Positions 47,404 through 57,047 of a stretch of 64,000 nucleotides of DNA are shown here, in pieces. The stretch's first letter is position 1. The number at the start of each line of letters is the position of its first letter. The DNA lies in contig CAZYCE010000006.1 of NCBI GenBank assembly GCA_964645605.1, positions 2,981 to 66,980 on the forward strand, written 5' to 3'. This stretch comes from an uncultured Gammaproteobacteria bacterium. Its GTDB lineage: Bacteria > Patescibacteriota > Microgenomatia > UBA8517. Made by a program: the position numbers and the translations under genes. The notes under the pieces were generated by a model. That model ran no database searches and had not been told where the DNA came from. It worked only from the letters and a program-made list of their open reading frames with translations.

Positions 47404-48482
47404 TGTTCCTTTATCTCGTAGGTGCTACCTAGATACTTTTCAAGTCTGAGTGATTCTCTGGTTTTTACATCGATAGATATAACTGCAATTTGGAAAATTA
47501 CGAAAATGATAGTGATGGCTAAAAATATTCTACCGATTATATTCCCCTTTAGATTTAGTAGGCTGAAAATTCCCTGCGAAATTACAAAAATTATTATTGG
47601 GAAGAAAAGAATAAGGCGGTTTAACGACACAATATCTTTTGCAAGGATCGATGGAATTGTCAATATAGTAGAGATTAATAAAATTTTTCTTGTACGTGAA
47701 TTTTGGAGTAGTTTATACAGTCCGTAGGCAAAAGGGATTATGAAACCCAAAATTATCGGTGGACTAAATGAAAATCCTAAAAGCTTGTATTGCGGGGTAA
47801 AAAAAGCCACGGGCATCAGCTGAGAAATATATTTTAAGACAAAGTACTCGCTAAAAAATAGATATTTATTCTCGGAAAGTCTAGCCAGATTTTTATATCC
47901 TTTTTCAGCGGCAGCACCCTGGTAACGGTTTACAGTATTAAGAAGACCGGGATCGGAAAAAATTTGTATCTCGTTACTCAAACTGTTTCTAAATCCGGTT
48001 ACATTTCTAATGGTAAATAGAAAAAGCGGAATTAATAGTACAGTAGTAATCAGTAAAGAAGTTTTCAAGTCTTTTTTGGGCACTATCTTAAATAAAATTA
48101 ACGCTGAAAATATAAGGGGAACAATCAATAAAAAGTTTATGGAGCTGTAAATCCCAATTATCAAACCGGAAATCAAAGTAATGTTCCCCAAAATTCTATT
48201 TTTTCCCCGAACGAGCAAAAGCCCATGGATGGTCAGCAGTGTCGGGAAGAGTAGAAAAACATAAAATGAATGGGCAAGTGTTAAGTAATAAACCCATGGG
48301 GAAAGAAGGTAAATTAAAATCGGAATAAATCGAGTTTTGCCTTTCAAAAAGTGTCCCGCTATAAGCCAGATTATAAGGGCGTTAATTATAAAAATTGGGA
48401 TGTAAAATTGATCCGGAATTGTTACTGTTGTGCGTAGTACATCGGCAAAAAATAAATTTTTCACTGTATAATGAAGAGGCAT
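47400..48482 (-). CDS. Polytopic membrane protein, shorter family-A-related paralog lacking the N-terminal DE loop
   Basis: C-terminal half resembles family A (KYLFFSEYFVLKYISQLMP compared with NYLSHFTPDFLF); start set to the internal ATG because the 5' end overlaps a divergent gene. Confidence 0.4.
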   Translation of the reverse strand: MPLHYTVKNLFFADVLRTTVTIPDQFYIPIFIINALIIWLIAGHFLKGKTRFIPILIYLLSPWVYYLTLAHSFYVFLLFPTLLTIHGLLLVRGKNRILGNITLISGLIIGIYSSINFLLIVPLIFSALILFKIVPKKDLKTSLLITTVLLIPLFLFTIRNVTGFRNSLSNEIQIFSDPGLLNTVNRYQGAAAEKGYKNLARLSENKYLFFSEYFVLKYISQLMPVAFFTPQYKLLGFSFSPPIILGFIIPFAYGLYKLLQNSRTRKILLISTILTIPSILAKDIVSLNRLILFFPIIIFVISQGIFSLLNLKGNIIGRIFLAITIIFVIFQIAVISIDVKTRESLRLEKYLGSTYEIKEQ

Positions 48483-48484
48483 AT

Positions 48485-49969
48485 ATGCATAGGTTACCAT
48501 ATTTAAAAATAGTTGTCTTCACTATTGTTTTGATATTTACCTTCATTCTTAGAGCTCACAATTATGAAAGGGTTCCGACCTCAAACCATTTAGATGAGCA
48601 GCTCTATGCGCTTTCCGGAATTAATTTAATTGAAACAGGAACTCCGGTCTCGTGGTCAACTCTGGATTACCCGAAAAGTGCAGAGGTTTTTAAAGGTGCA
48701 ATCTCATATAAAGGAGGAGCGCCTTCCGCGTCGGTAACTTTGTATAAACCCTGGCTGGATGAGCCGCCTGCCTTTTCTTTAATAGTTGGCGAGGCAGCCC
48801 ATCTTTTCCATGCCGACAGGAACGGTTTTATCCCATCCTCCTACATCCGGTTTCCGATGATTTTTATATCTGCCCTAACTTCGATTTTCGTATTTCTGAT
48901 AGCCAGAAAAGTCAGCGGCTACTGGACGGGGATATTGGCAATGCTGATTTACGGAACTGAACCGATTATGGTAATGGCTTCAAGATCGGCCATGCCGGAG
49001 ACTTTTATTGCACTTCTTTTCTGTTTAAGCGTTTATCTGCTCTTAAAATATCAAGATTCTAAAAAATTTATATATATTGCCCCGATTCCTATTCTGGCCG
49101 GAATTGCGGGGCTTTCTAAACCAACAGGCTACTTTATATTGCCGCTGGCTATTTTTGTAGTTTTTGTAAGGCTTTATAAGGATAAGCCTGTTAAATGGCG
49201 GCCGATAATTAAAAACCTTGCCTATTTAATTCTTGCAACCCTGCCTTTTCTTGCGATTTACATCTGGTACGGCAATCATTTTAGTCCGGAAATATTTTCA
49301 AGGATTCTTTCTATTCAAGGTTCCCGTCCCGCAGGTTTTAACAGTCTTGCCTGGTTTTTCATAACCCCCAGTTTTGATACATCAATTTTCAGGAGCAGCT
49401 GGTATGTTTTTTGCCTTGCCGCGGCCGCCTTCTTTGTTTTCCGACCTAAAGAAAAATCGGCGCAACTTATTAGTTTGAGTTTTGTTTATTGGCTGGCCGT
49501 TATAATGCTGTCCTCGGGTGAAAATGATCTTTTAGCCTGGTACCGTTTTCCGATATTGCCTTTTTTGGCAATTTTTGGCGCATGGGGGATTCAATATCTT
49601 TTTAAGAAAGCTGATTTCTTTGCGACATTCTTTGCTGCAGGGTTTCTGCTTGGAAGCAGAATGCTTTTAGTTAACGCTTTTCGTCCGAATATTGCAGTCG
49701 GAACCTATCGTCTGGCTTTTTGTAGCCTGGTTGCCCCCTCTTTACTTAATTTGGTGTTCAAAAAAGACTGGCTTAAGAAAATTTCTCAAATTGTAATTAT
49801 TGGTGTGGTAATTGTGGGTATGTGGTGGAACGTTAAATATATTTACAATGCTTATGAACTTGCTTGCGAGAGCCAAACTTGTCCTATGGTTCCGTCTACC
49901 GCGCTCTCAAGCCTTCACTATCCCTTGATCTGGCGCTTCTTTGTATTAGGCAAACCTGCCCTACAATAA
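48485..49969 (+). CDS. GT-C-fold membrane glycosyltransferase (ArnT/PMT-like)
   Basis: NHLDEQLYALSGINLIETGTPVSW first-loop motif; internal ATG 48485 chosen to minimise the divergent overlap. Confidence 0.55.
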   Translation: MHRLPYLKIVVFTIVLIFTFILRAHNYERVPTSNHLDEQLYALSGINLIETGTPVSWSTLDYPKSAEVFKGAISYKGGAPSASVTLYKPWLDEPPAFSLIVGEAAHLFHADRNGFIPSSYIRFPMIFISALTSIFVFLIARKVSGYWTGILAMLIYGTEPIMVMASRSAMPETFIALLFCLSVYLLLKYQDSKKFIYIAPIPILAGIAGLSKPTGYFILPLAIFVVFVRLYKDKPVKWRPIIKNLAYLILATLPFLAIYIWYGNHFSPEIFSRILSIQGSRPAGFNSLAWFFITPSFDTSIFRSSWYVFCLAAAAFFVFRPKEKSAQLISLSFVYWLAVIMLSSGENDLLAWYRFPILPFLAIFGAWGIQYLFKKADFFATFFAAGFLLGSRMLLVNAFRPNIAVGTYRLAFCSLVAPSLLNLVFKKDWLKKISQIVIIGVVIVGMWWNVKYIYNAYELACESQTCPMVPSTALSSLHYPLIWRFFVLGKPALQ

Positions 49970-50009
49970 TTTACATGACGTTTTGAAGCTGGTAACATTG
50001 AGGTAATAT

Positions 50010-51659
50010 ATGAAGAAGAAACTTTATCCGTTTTTTTTGGGGCTGATTCTTATTACCGCTTTCTTTCTGAGAATTTACAAAGTTACTTCCATTCCCCCTT
50101 CCCTAAACTGGGATGAAGTTTCAATAGGTTACAATGCCTATTCCATCCTTAAAACCGGACGCGACGAGTGGGGGGTAAAATTCCCGTTAAATTTTAAATC
50201 GTACGGAGAGTATAAACTTCCCGGGCAGATTTATGCCTCGATACCGGCGATTGCCGTTTTTGGATTAAATGAATTTGGGGTAAGGATTACTCCCGTAATT
50301 TACGGCACACTAAGCGTTTTATTGCTTTATCTTTTAGTCCAGGAATCTTTTGGTAAAAAAGAAATATCCTTAATGTCAGCCTTTTTCCTGGCGGTTTCCC
50401 CTTGGCACATACAGCTGACTAGGGCATCTTTAGAGTCTTCTTTTGCGCTTTTCTGGGTGGTGATGGGAGTTTGGTTTTTCCTTAAAGGTTTGAAAAAACC
50501 AAAGTGGCTGGTTTTTTCAATGCTTCCTTTTGCGGTTTCCGTTTATACCTACAATAGTGCCCGCGCCTTCATTCCGCTTTTTCTTTTTGCCTTGGTGATT
50601 ATTTATAGAAAGTATTTCCGGAAAGTTAAAAAATGGTTTTTTGCGGCGGGGATTTTGTTTGCCGTTCTGATGGCTCCTTTGATTCCGATGGTTGTTTCGG
50701 GAGAAGCCTCCGCCAGATACAAACTTGTAAGCATCACCGATGAAAAGGGTTTGATTCCCAGAATTGAAGAGAGAAGAAACAATTCAACTTTGCCGTCTAC
50801 CGTCAACAAAATGATAAACAATAGATATACGTATGTAAGTTACTATTTTGCAAGAAATTATTTGTCCCATTTTACTCCGGACTTTCTTTTTATCCACGGA
50901 GCAGGACATAGACAGCACCATGTTCAGGGGGTGGGAGAACTTTACTGGTTCCAGGCCCCATTCATTATTTTGGGGATCTATTATTTGTTAAAGAAAAAAA
51001 ATCCCAATTTGAAAGTTCTTGTTCCGTGGTTTTTACTGGCGTTTGTTCCGGTATCCGTAACAAATGACAGTATTCCGAATGCCTTAAGGACCTTAAATGC
51101 GGTTCCTGTTTACCAAATTTTTACGGCCTTGGGAATTTATTATGCTTATAAGCTGATCAAGAATAAAAAAGTTTTTAATGTACTTATCGGTGCGGTAACG
51201 GCTCTATTCTTAATTAATTTTGCCGTTTATTTTACTAACCTTTTTGTATATTATCCGCTCAGGTACTCCCGGGATTGGCAATATGGCAATAAAGAAGCTG
51301 TCGAATATATAAAAAACCACCGGGATAATTACGATTTAATTGTTTACAGCCGTACCTATGGCGAACCGCATATGTTCACTTTGTTTTATCTTGGTTATGA
51401 TCCCGCCAAGTTTCAAAATAGCCCAAACTTAGACAGGTTTGAAACATACGATTGGGTTAGGGTTTTGCGTTTTGATAAATTTTATTTTCCGGATCTGGGG
51501 GATGCGGGTACAAAGTATCAGGATGTAGTTAATGCGAATCCCGGCCAGAGAATTCTTTTTATAGGTAAACCTCAGGATTTTCCTGCGGAAGCGGCAGTGC
51601 TTGAACAAATTAATTTTCTTGACGGCACCGGCGCCTTCAAAATAGTTGAAAAGATATGA
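50010..51659 (+). CDS. GT-C-fold membrane glycosyltransferase, paralog family A
   Basis: PSLNWDEVSIGYNAYSILKTGRDEWGVKFPLNF; GAGGT Shine-Dalgarno-like sequence 5 nt upstream; C-terminal DGTGAFKIVEKI. Confidence 0.65.
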   Translation: MKKKLYPFFLGLILITAFFLRIYKVTSIPPSLNWDEVSIGYNAYSILKTGRDEWGVKFPLNFKSYGEYKLPGQIYASIPAIAVFGLNEFGVRITPVIYGTLSVLLLYLLVQESFGKKEISLMSAFFLAVSPWHIQLTRASLESSFALFWVVMGVWFFLKGLKKPKWLVFSMLPFAVSVYTYNSARAFIPLFLFALVIIYRKYFRKVKKWFFAAGILFAVLMAPLIPMVVSGEASARYKLVSITDEKGLIPRIEERRNNSTLPSTVNKMINNRYTYVSYYFARNYLSHFTPDFLFIHGAGHRQHHVQGVGELYWFQAPFIILGIYYLLKKKNPNLKVLVPWFLLAFVPVSVTNDSIPNALRTLNAVPVYQIFTALGIYYAYKLIKNKKVFNVLIGAVTALFLINFAVYFTNLFVYYPLRYSRDWQYGNKEAVEYIKNHRDNYDLIVYSRTYGEPHMFTLFYLGYDPAKFQNSPNLDRFETYDWVRVLRFDKFYFPDLGDAGTKYQDVVNANPGQRILFIGKPQDFPAEAAVLEQINFLDGTGAFKIVEKI

Positions 51660-53170
51660 AAAAAGAACGGATTTTTTTATTTCTAATTCTTGGATTTTTC
51701 TTGTTTACAAGGTTTTATAAAATTAGCCAAATCCCGCCCTCCGTTTACTGGGATGAAGCTTCGATCGGGTATAACGCCTATTCCGTTTTACAGGACGGCC
51801 GGGATGAGTGGGGGAATTTTCTGCCTCTTCATTTTAGGGCTTTTGGTGAATTTAAATTACCGGTTTATATTTATTCCGTCGCAATATCGGAAAAATTATT
51901 CGGATTGAATTCTTTTTCTGTCCGTCTTCCGTCCGTTATTTATTCCGCCTTTTCCCTGATTCTGGTTTACCTTATTTCCAAAAAGATTTTTAGTGGAAGC
52001 TCGGGACTCCTTTCTGCCTTGGTTTTTTCGGCTTGTCCTTGGTATTTTATCTTTAGCCGTACGGGTTATGAAGTATCTGCCGGTTTATTCTTTTTCCTTT
52101 TGGGAACATACTTTTTCCTGAAAACCGAGAAAAAAAATTACTTTTTCCCGTTTGGCATTTTGTCTTTTATTCTTTCTTTTTATAGTTACAACTCATTTCG
52201 CATCCTCATTCCTATTTTCTTACTGGTTTTCGGTTTGGCCTTTATCTTAAGAAAGGATGTAAAAACAAAAGCTAAATTATTTTATATAGTTTCCGGGATA
52301 GTTTTGTTTCTATTGGTTTTGTTTCCCGTTTATCGTCTTTACAAATTTGATGCCGGTGGCGCGCGCTTGACACAGGTACAAGTCTCGGGAGCGGCGGATG
52401 TATTTAAAAATTATCTTTCCCATTTTTCCCCGCAATTTCTTTTTAATAGCGGAGACTCCAACTCCAGGAGTAGTGTTCCCGGTTTTGGAGAGCTTTTTCC
52501 GGTGATTGCTCCATTTTTGATAATCGGTACTTTTGTTATATTCAAGAAAAAGCAAAAATTTTGGTGGTTGCCGTTTTTGGCAATATTGCTAGGTCCGATT
52601 CCCGCCGCGGTCACCAGGGAGTCTCCCCATGCCTTAAGGGCAATCTTAATGATTCCCTTTCTTTCGATGGTTGCCGGAGTGGGTATTGATAGTTTTGCAG
52701 GTTTTTTCGGAAGAGCTAAAAAGATGTTTATCTTTGGAGTGCTTTTCTTGCTTGCCGTATCTTTTAAAAATTATTTTATCGATTTTACAACAAAATATTC
52801 TTCTGATTCGTCTGCCCAGTGGCAATTTGGCTACAAGAAAATTTTTGAGGATTATCTTGCCGATTTTGCCGAATATGACAAGGTTGTAATTTCCGATGCC
52901 TATGCCCAGCCTTATATTTTTGGGCTTTTTTATCAAAAATATGACCCGGGATATTTCAGACAAAGTGTTGTCTACAATACGGTTGATCAATGGGGCTTTT
53001 CGACCGTCAAAAGTTTTGATAAATTCCTGTTTAAGAAAGTAACAGCGGACGATTTATCCGAAAACTCAATAGTTTTTGCAACCGTACAAGACAAAATAAA
53101 CGATGAAAAACCGGTGGAAGAAATTAAGAACCCCGACGGGACAACTGCTTTTTGGGTGTACACAAAATGA
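51656..53170 (+). CDS. GT-C-fold membrane glycosyltransferase, paralog family A
   Basis: PSVYWDEASIGYNAYSVLQDGRDEWGNFLPLHF; C-terminal NPDGTTAFWVYTK; ATGA overlap with upstream gene. Confidence 0.65.
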   Translation: MKKERIFLFLILGFFLFTRFYKISQIPPSVYWDEASIGYNAYSVLQDGRDEWGNFLPLHFRAFGEFKLPVYIYSVAISEKLFGLNSFSVRLPSVIYSAFSLILVYLISKKIFSGSSGLLSALVFSACPWYFIFSRTGYEVSAGLFFFLLGTYFFLKTEKKNYFFPFGILSFILSFYSYNSFRILIPIFLLVFGLAFILRKDVKTKAKLFYIVSGIVLFLLVLFPVYRLYKFDAGGARLTQVQVSGAADVFKNYLSHFSPQFLFNSGDSNSRSSVPGFGELFPVIAPFLIIGTFVIFKKKQKFWWLPFLAILLGPIPAAVTRESPHALRAILMIPFLSMVAGVGIDSFAGFFGRAKKMFIFGVLFLLAVSFKNYFIDFTTKYSSDSSAQWQFGYKKIFEDYLADFAEYDKVVISDAYAQPYIFGLFYQKYDPGYFRQSVVYNTVDQWGFSTVKSFDKFLFKKVTADDLSENSIVFATVQDKINDEKPVEEIKNPDGTTAFWVYTK

Positions 53171-54768
53171 GAAAGTATCTAAGCTGCATAATTCTTTTTA
53201 CTATTTTTATAGGAGCGCTTTTTTTAAGAATTTATAAGTTGGATCAAGTTCCTGCTTCCCTGAATTGGGACGAGGTGGATGCGGGCTATAATGCCTACAC
53301 TATTGCGAATTGGGGTGTTGATGAATGGGGCCGTAAGTTTCCTCTGGTTTTTCGCTCGTTTTATGACGATAAACATCCGGTCCACATTTATATAACAGCG
53401 GTTTTTGTTAAGTTTTTTGGACTCAGTGATTTTACAACGCGTCTTCCCAGCGCGATTTTTGGAGCTTTAGGGGTCTTAGTTGTTTTTTATCTGGGCAGAC
53501 GTTTATTCAAAAATGATTTGCCTGCATATTTTGCGGCAATTTTTCTGGCGGTCTCACCATACCATCTTCAGTTCTCCAGAGGACTTTGGGAAGTTAACTT
53601 CGCCTTCTTTTTCTTTATATTGGGGCTTCTGTTTTTTTACCTCGGGAGAGATAAAAATAGATGGTTCTTCCCGTTTTCTTTTTTAGGGTTCGGACTTTCA
53701 ATGTACTCATATCATTCGGCCAAAGTCGTGGTTCCTCCGATGATAATCCTTCTTTGCATTTTATATTTCAAGGATTTGATAAAAAACAAAAAAGCCCTTT
53801 TACTCAGTTTTATTGTTTTAGCCGTTTTTATAGCAGGTTTTATTTTTAATCCCGGATTATTGGGTTTCGCCCGTGCCGAACAAAACCGATTTCCCGAAGG
53901 GTCAATAAAGGAAACTTATCTTTATCAAAAAACGGGGAATAGATACTTGGCTACTTTAGAAATTGCAGCCGGAAATTATACAAAATACTTTACTCCGGAT
54001 TACCTTTTTGTACACGGCGATCAAAACCCGCGGAATTCGGTTAAAGTGTTCGGGGAGTTCTATAAAATTGAAGCACTTTTTATTGCCGCCGGAATTGTCT
54101 TTATGTTGGTAAGGCCAAGAAAGGAATGGCTCGTTCTTGCCGTCTGGCTTGCGCTTGCACCGATTCCGGGTGCTCTTTCAGGTTTCACTCCAAACGCAGC
54201 CAGAGGGCTTTTTATGATGGGTAGCATGCATCTTGTTGGCGCATACGGGCTTTATAGCTTAGCGAATTTATTCAGAAACAAGACGGTTCGGGGTGCCGTT
54301 GTAGTTGCCCTTCTGGCCCCCCTTTTTTGGGAATTTTCAAATTATCTTAACTATTACTACACAAATTATTACAAGAAAGACGCTATTGAGTGGCAATACG
54401 GCATGAAACAGATTGTTGCCTACATTAAGAACAATCCCTACTATGACAAAATATATATGACCAAAGAAAGACAACAACCATATATATTTATCCTGAATTA
54501 TCTGGAGTATCCCGTAAAAAAATACCTGGCCTCGGTTCGGTATGACGAAAGTCAGAGTAAAAGTTACAATGTAGCCAGATCCTTCGGAAAATTCCAGTTC
54601 TCGGATTGGAATACGGTTGAGAGTTACCCCGCCCCTTATGTGCTTTATGTTCTTACTCCAAGCCAGTATGATGGGTTAAGGTACAGACTGATGTTTGATG
54701 TGGTTGATTTGATAAAATATCCCGACGGATCAGATGCTTATTTTTTGGTAACCGCCAAAGTATATTAA
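53152..54768 (+). CDS. GT-C-fold membrane glycosyltransferase, paralog family A
   Basis: ASLNWDEVDAGYNAYTIANWGVDEWGRKFPLVF; C-terminal YPDGSDAYFLVTAKVY. Confidence 0.65.
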   Translation: MGVHKMRKYLSCIILFTIFIGALFLRIYKLDQVPASLNWDEVDAGYNAYTIANWGVDEWGRKFPLVFRSFYDDKHPVHIYITAVFVKFFGLSDFTTRLPSAIFGALGVLVVFYLGRRLFKNDLPAYFAAIFLAVSPYHLQFSRGLWEVNFAFFFFILGLLFFYLGRDKNRWFFPFSFLGFGLSMYSYHSAKVVVPPMIILLCILYFKDLIKNKKALLLSFIVLAVFIAGFIFNPGLLGFARAEQNRFPEGSIKETYLYQKTGNRYLATLEIAAGNYTKYFTPDYLFVHGDQNPRNSVKVFGEFYKIEALFIAAGIVFMLVRPRKEWLVLAVWLALAPIPGALSGFTPNAARGLFMMGSMHLVGAYGLYSLANLFRNKTVRGAVVVALLAPLFWEFSNYLNYYYTNYYKKDAIEWQYGMKQIVAYIKNNPYYDKIYMTKERQQPYIFILNYLEYPVKKYLASVRYDESQSKSYNVARSFGKFQFSDWNTVESYPAPYVLYVLTPSQYDGLRYRLMFDVVDLIKYPDGSDAYFLVTAKVY

Positions 54769-55647
54769 ATGAACAAATTGTCACAAAACAAAAAGGTACG
54801 TCTATCGGTTGTTCTTGCCACCCGCAATGAAGAAGAAAATATCGGCAGATGTCTTGAATCGGTAAAAGATATTGCTGATGAAATTATAGTTTTTGACGAA
54901 TTCTCAGATGATTTAACCCGTGAGATTGCGGAAAAGTACGGCGCCAAGGTATTTGAGGAGCCTCATCATGAAATTTTCCATATAACCAAAGAAAAAGCTT
55001 TGGAAAAAGCGGAAGGGGAGTGGATCCTGCAACTTGATGCCGATGAAGTTGTAACCCCGGAGCTTTCGGAAGAAATTAAATTAGTAATTAATAATCAGAA
55101 ATCGGAAATTCCGTCCGGGAAACTTAAATTATTTGAACGCCATCAAAAACTACTCGAAAAAAGGGACGGCCGAATCGGAACCGGCTCGGGCGGCCCGATT
55201 GTCGGTTATTTTATTCCCAGACGCAATATGTTTTTGGGCCGTCCCCTGATCCATGCCGGTGTTTATCCCGATGGGGTAATACGTTTGGTTAAAAAGGGAT
55301 TTGCTCATTTTCCCCAAAAATCCGTTCACGAGCAAATAAGTCTTGACGGGGAGGTTTCCTGGTTGGGCAGTGACCTTTTGCATTACGACTCCCCGACACT
55401 CAAGAAATATCTTATGAGGCTAAACCGCTACACTGATCTTCATGCCCAGGAATTGAAAAACAAAAAGGTCTCCAAAAATCCGTTTTCATTTATTTATTAC
55501 ATATTTTTTAAGCCTTTGGGCGTATTTCTCAACCTGTATTTCCGTCACTTGGGAATTCTTGACGGGGCGAGGGGTTTTTTGTGGAGTTTTTTTTCGGCAA
55601 CGCATTATCCCGTTGCCTACTTTAAATATATTACGGGTAAGGTTTAG
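54769..55647 (+). CDS. GT2 glycosyltransferase (WaaE/KdtX-like subfamily)
   Basis: LSVVLATRNEEENI, LQLDADEVV, YFIPRRNMFLGRPLIHAGVYPDGVIRLVKKG. Confidence 0.75.
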   Translation: MNKLSQNKKVRLSVVLATRNEEENIGRCLESVKDIADEIIVFDEFSDDLTREIAEKYGAKVFEEPHHEIFHITKEKALEKAEGEWILQLDADEVVTPELSEEIKLVINNQKSEIPSGKLKLFERHQKLLEKRDGRIGTGSGGPIVGYFIPRRNMFLGRPLIHAGVYPDGVIRLVKKGFAHFPQKSVHEQISLDGEVSWLGSDLLHYDSPTLKKYLMRLNRYTDLHAQELKNKKVSKNPFSFIYYIFFKPLGVFLNLYFRHLGILDGARGFLWSFFSATHYPVAYFKYITGKV

Positions 55648-55656
55648 AATTAATTT

Positions 55657-56394
55657 ATGAATCTTCAAAATAAAAATATTGTGGTAACAGGCGCCACCGG
55701 AGGGATTTGCAGGGAACTTGTCAAAAACTTAGACAGTGAGGGAGCCAATTTAATTTTGATTTCCAAATCGGCCGATGAACTTGAAAATCAAACCGGGCAG
55801 CTTCAAAGTAAATCCTTTTCTTTTGCCTGCGATTTTACCAAACCCGGCGAGGTTGAGGATTTGGCGAAAAAAATCTCAAAGCAGTTTAAATCCGTCGACG
55901 TATTAATTAATGCGGCCGGGATTGGGGTATATAAATCCCTTGAAGAAGAAACTCTCGAGGAATGGAACAACTCGATGAATATTAATGTGACCTCGCAATT
56001 TTTGATGAGTAAATACCTTATTAAAAATTTAAAGAAGGCCCGAGGGGCGGTCGTAATAAATATCGGATCCGGTGCCGGAGTTATTCCCATGGCGGGCAGA
56101 AGTATTTATTGTGCCACAAAATTTGCGGTAAGGGGTCTGACCCTCAGTTTGGCTGAAGAATTTAGACGTACTTCGGTAGACTTTTGTCTGATAACCCTGG
56201 GAAGCGTGCTTACGGGTTTTGGCCCCATGAGTTTTGAGGAAAAGAAAAAGGAGATGGAAAAGGGGAAGAAGGCGTATTTTACGCCGGATTGGGTAGCCAA
56301 GAAGCTTATTTCGATAATTAAGGATGACGATAGGAGGAGAGAATATACACTTTTCCCTTCAAATTATGCCTCCGAGTGGCAGAAACCCTCATAA
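55657..56394 (+). CDS. Short-chain dehydrogenase/reductase (SDR) family oxidoreductase
   Basis: VVTGATGGICREL (TGxxxGxG), NAAG, YCATK (YxxxK). Confidence 0.8.
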   Translation: MNLQNKNIVVTGATGGICRELVKNLDSEGANLILISKSADELENQTGQLQSKSFSFACDFTKPGEVEDLAKKISKQFKSVDVLINAAGIGVYKSLEEETLEEWNNSMNINVTSQFLMSKYLIKNLKKARGAVVINIGSGAGVIPMAGRSIYCATKFAVRGLTLSLAEEFRRTSVDFCLITLGSVLTGFGPMSFEEKKKEMEKGKKAYFTPDWVAKKLISIIKDDDRRREYTLFPSNYASEWQKPS

Positions 56395-56426
56395 ATCAAA
56401 TCTTTTTATATAGGCGGTTTATTAAA

Positions 56427-57047
56427 CTACTTTTCTCCCAGAAATATTCTTGGGTTTACCGGAATTCCGAATATATTAATTTGAAAATGAAGATGCGGTC
56501 CTGTTGCCCAACCGGTTTGCCCCTCTGCCCCGATTAGGTCACCGGGTTCTACAATTTGACCCGCAGATACATAAATATTACTGAGATGTGCGTAAATTGA
56601 TTGGATTCCGTCTCCGTTGTCTATTATAACGTGCTTTCCGAAACCCCACGATATTTTTCCCGCGTATATAACTTTCCCCTCCATAAACGCCCTAACCGGG
56701 TCTCCTATCCGGTGTTCCGGATTTGCGATGTCTATTCCTGTATGTAAAGGCTGGTAGGGAAGATTGCTTTGACCAAACTCAAGAGTGATCACGCCTTTTA
56801 CGGGCCAGACTATTTTTTTATCAATTGTGGCGACTATCGATCCGTTCAGCGGATTATAGATCTCTATCCTTTGGGTTTTTGAATTAAAAGATGCGAGTTT
56901 ATCTGAAACCATGTCTATTCCGGTTTGGGTTAGGGTAACTACGGCAATAACCGGCATCGCCAATATAAAAAGAAAAGCCAGAAAGACGTAGGTCAGCTCC
57001 TTTCTGAATGACCAAACGGCGGCGATACCGCCGGGAGATATTCCCAT
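56427..57047 (-). CDS. Membrane-anchored M23/LytM-family peptidoglycan endopeptidase
   Basis: HTGIDIANPEH (HxxxD) and GQTGWATGPHLHFQI (HxH) zinc-binding motifs; N-terminal TM; its start codon directly abuts the VirB4 stop. Confidence 0.85.
   Translation of the reverse strand: MGISPGGIAAVWSFRKELTYVFLAFLFILAMPVIAVVTLTQTGIDMVSDKLASFNSKTQRIEIYNPLNGSIVATIDKKIVWPVKGVITLEFGQSNLPYQPLHTGIDIANPEHRIGDPVRAFMEGKVIYAGKISWGFGKHVIIDNGDGIQSIYAHLSNIYVSAGQIVEPGDLIGAEGQTGWATGPHLHFQINIFGIPVNPRIFLGEK

Noticed and set aside
35712-54768. Considered whether the repeated large membrane-protein genes are mobile elements or IS-derived
   Set aside because: No transposase or integrase motifs (DDE, HTH), no terminal inverted repeats, and the proteins carry GT-C-like motifs. 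The repeats are therefore paralogous gene duplications.
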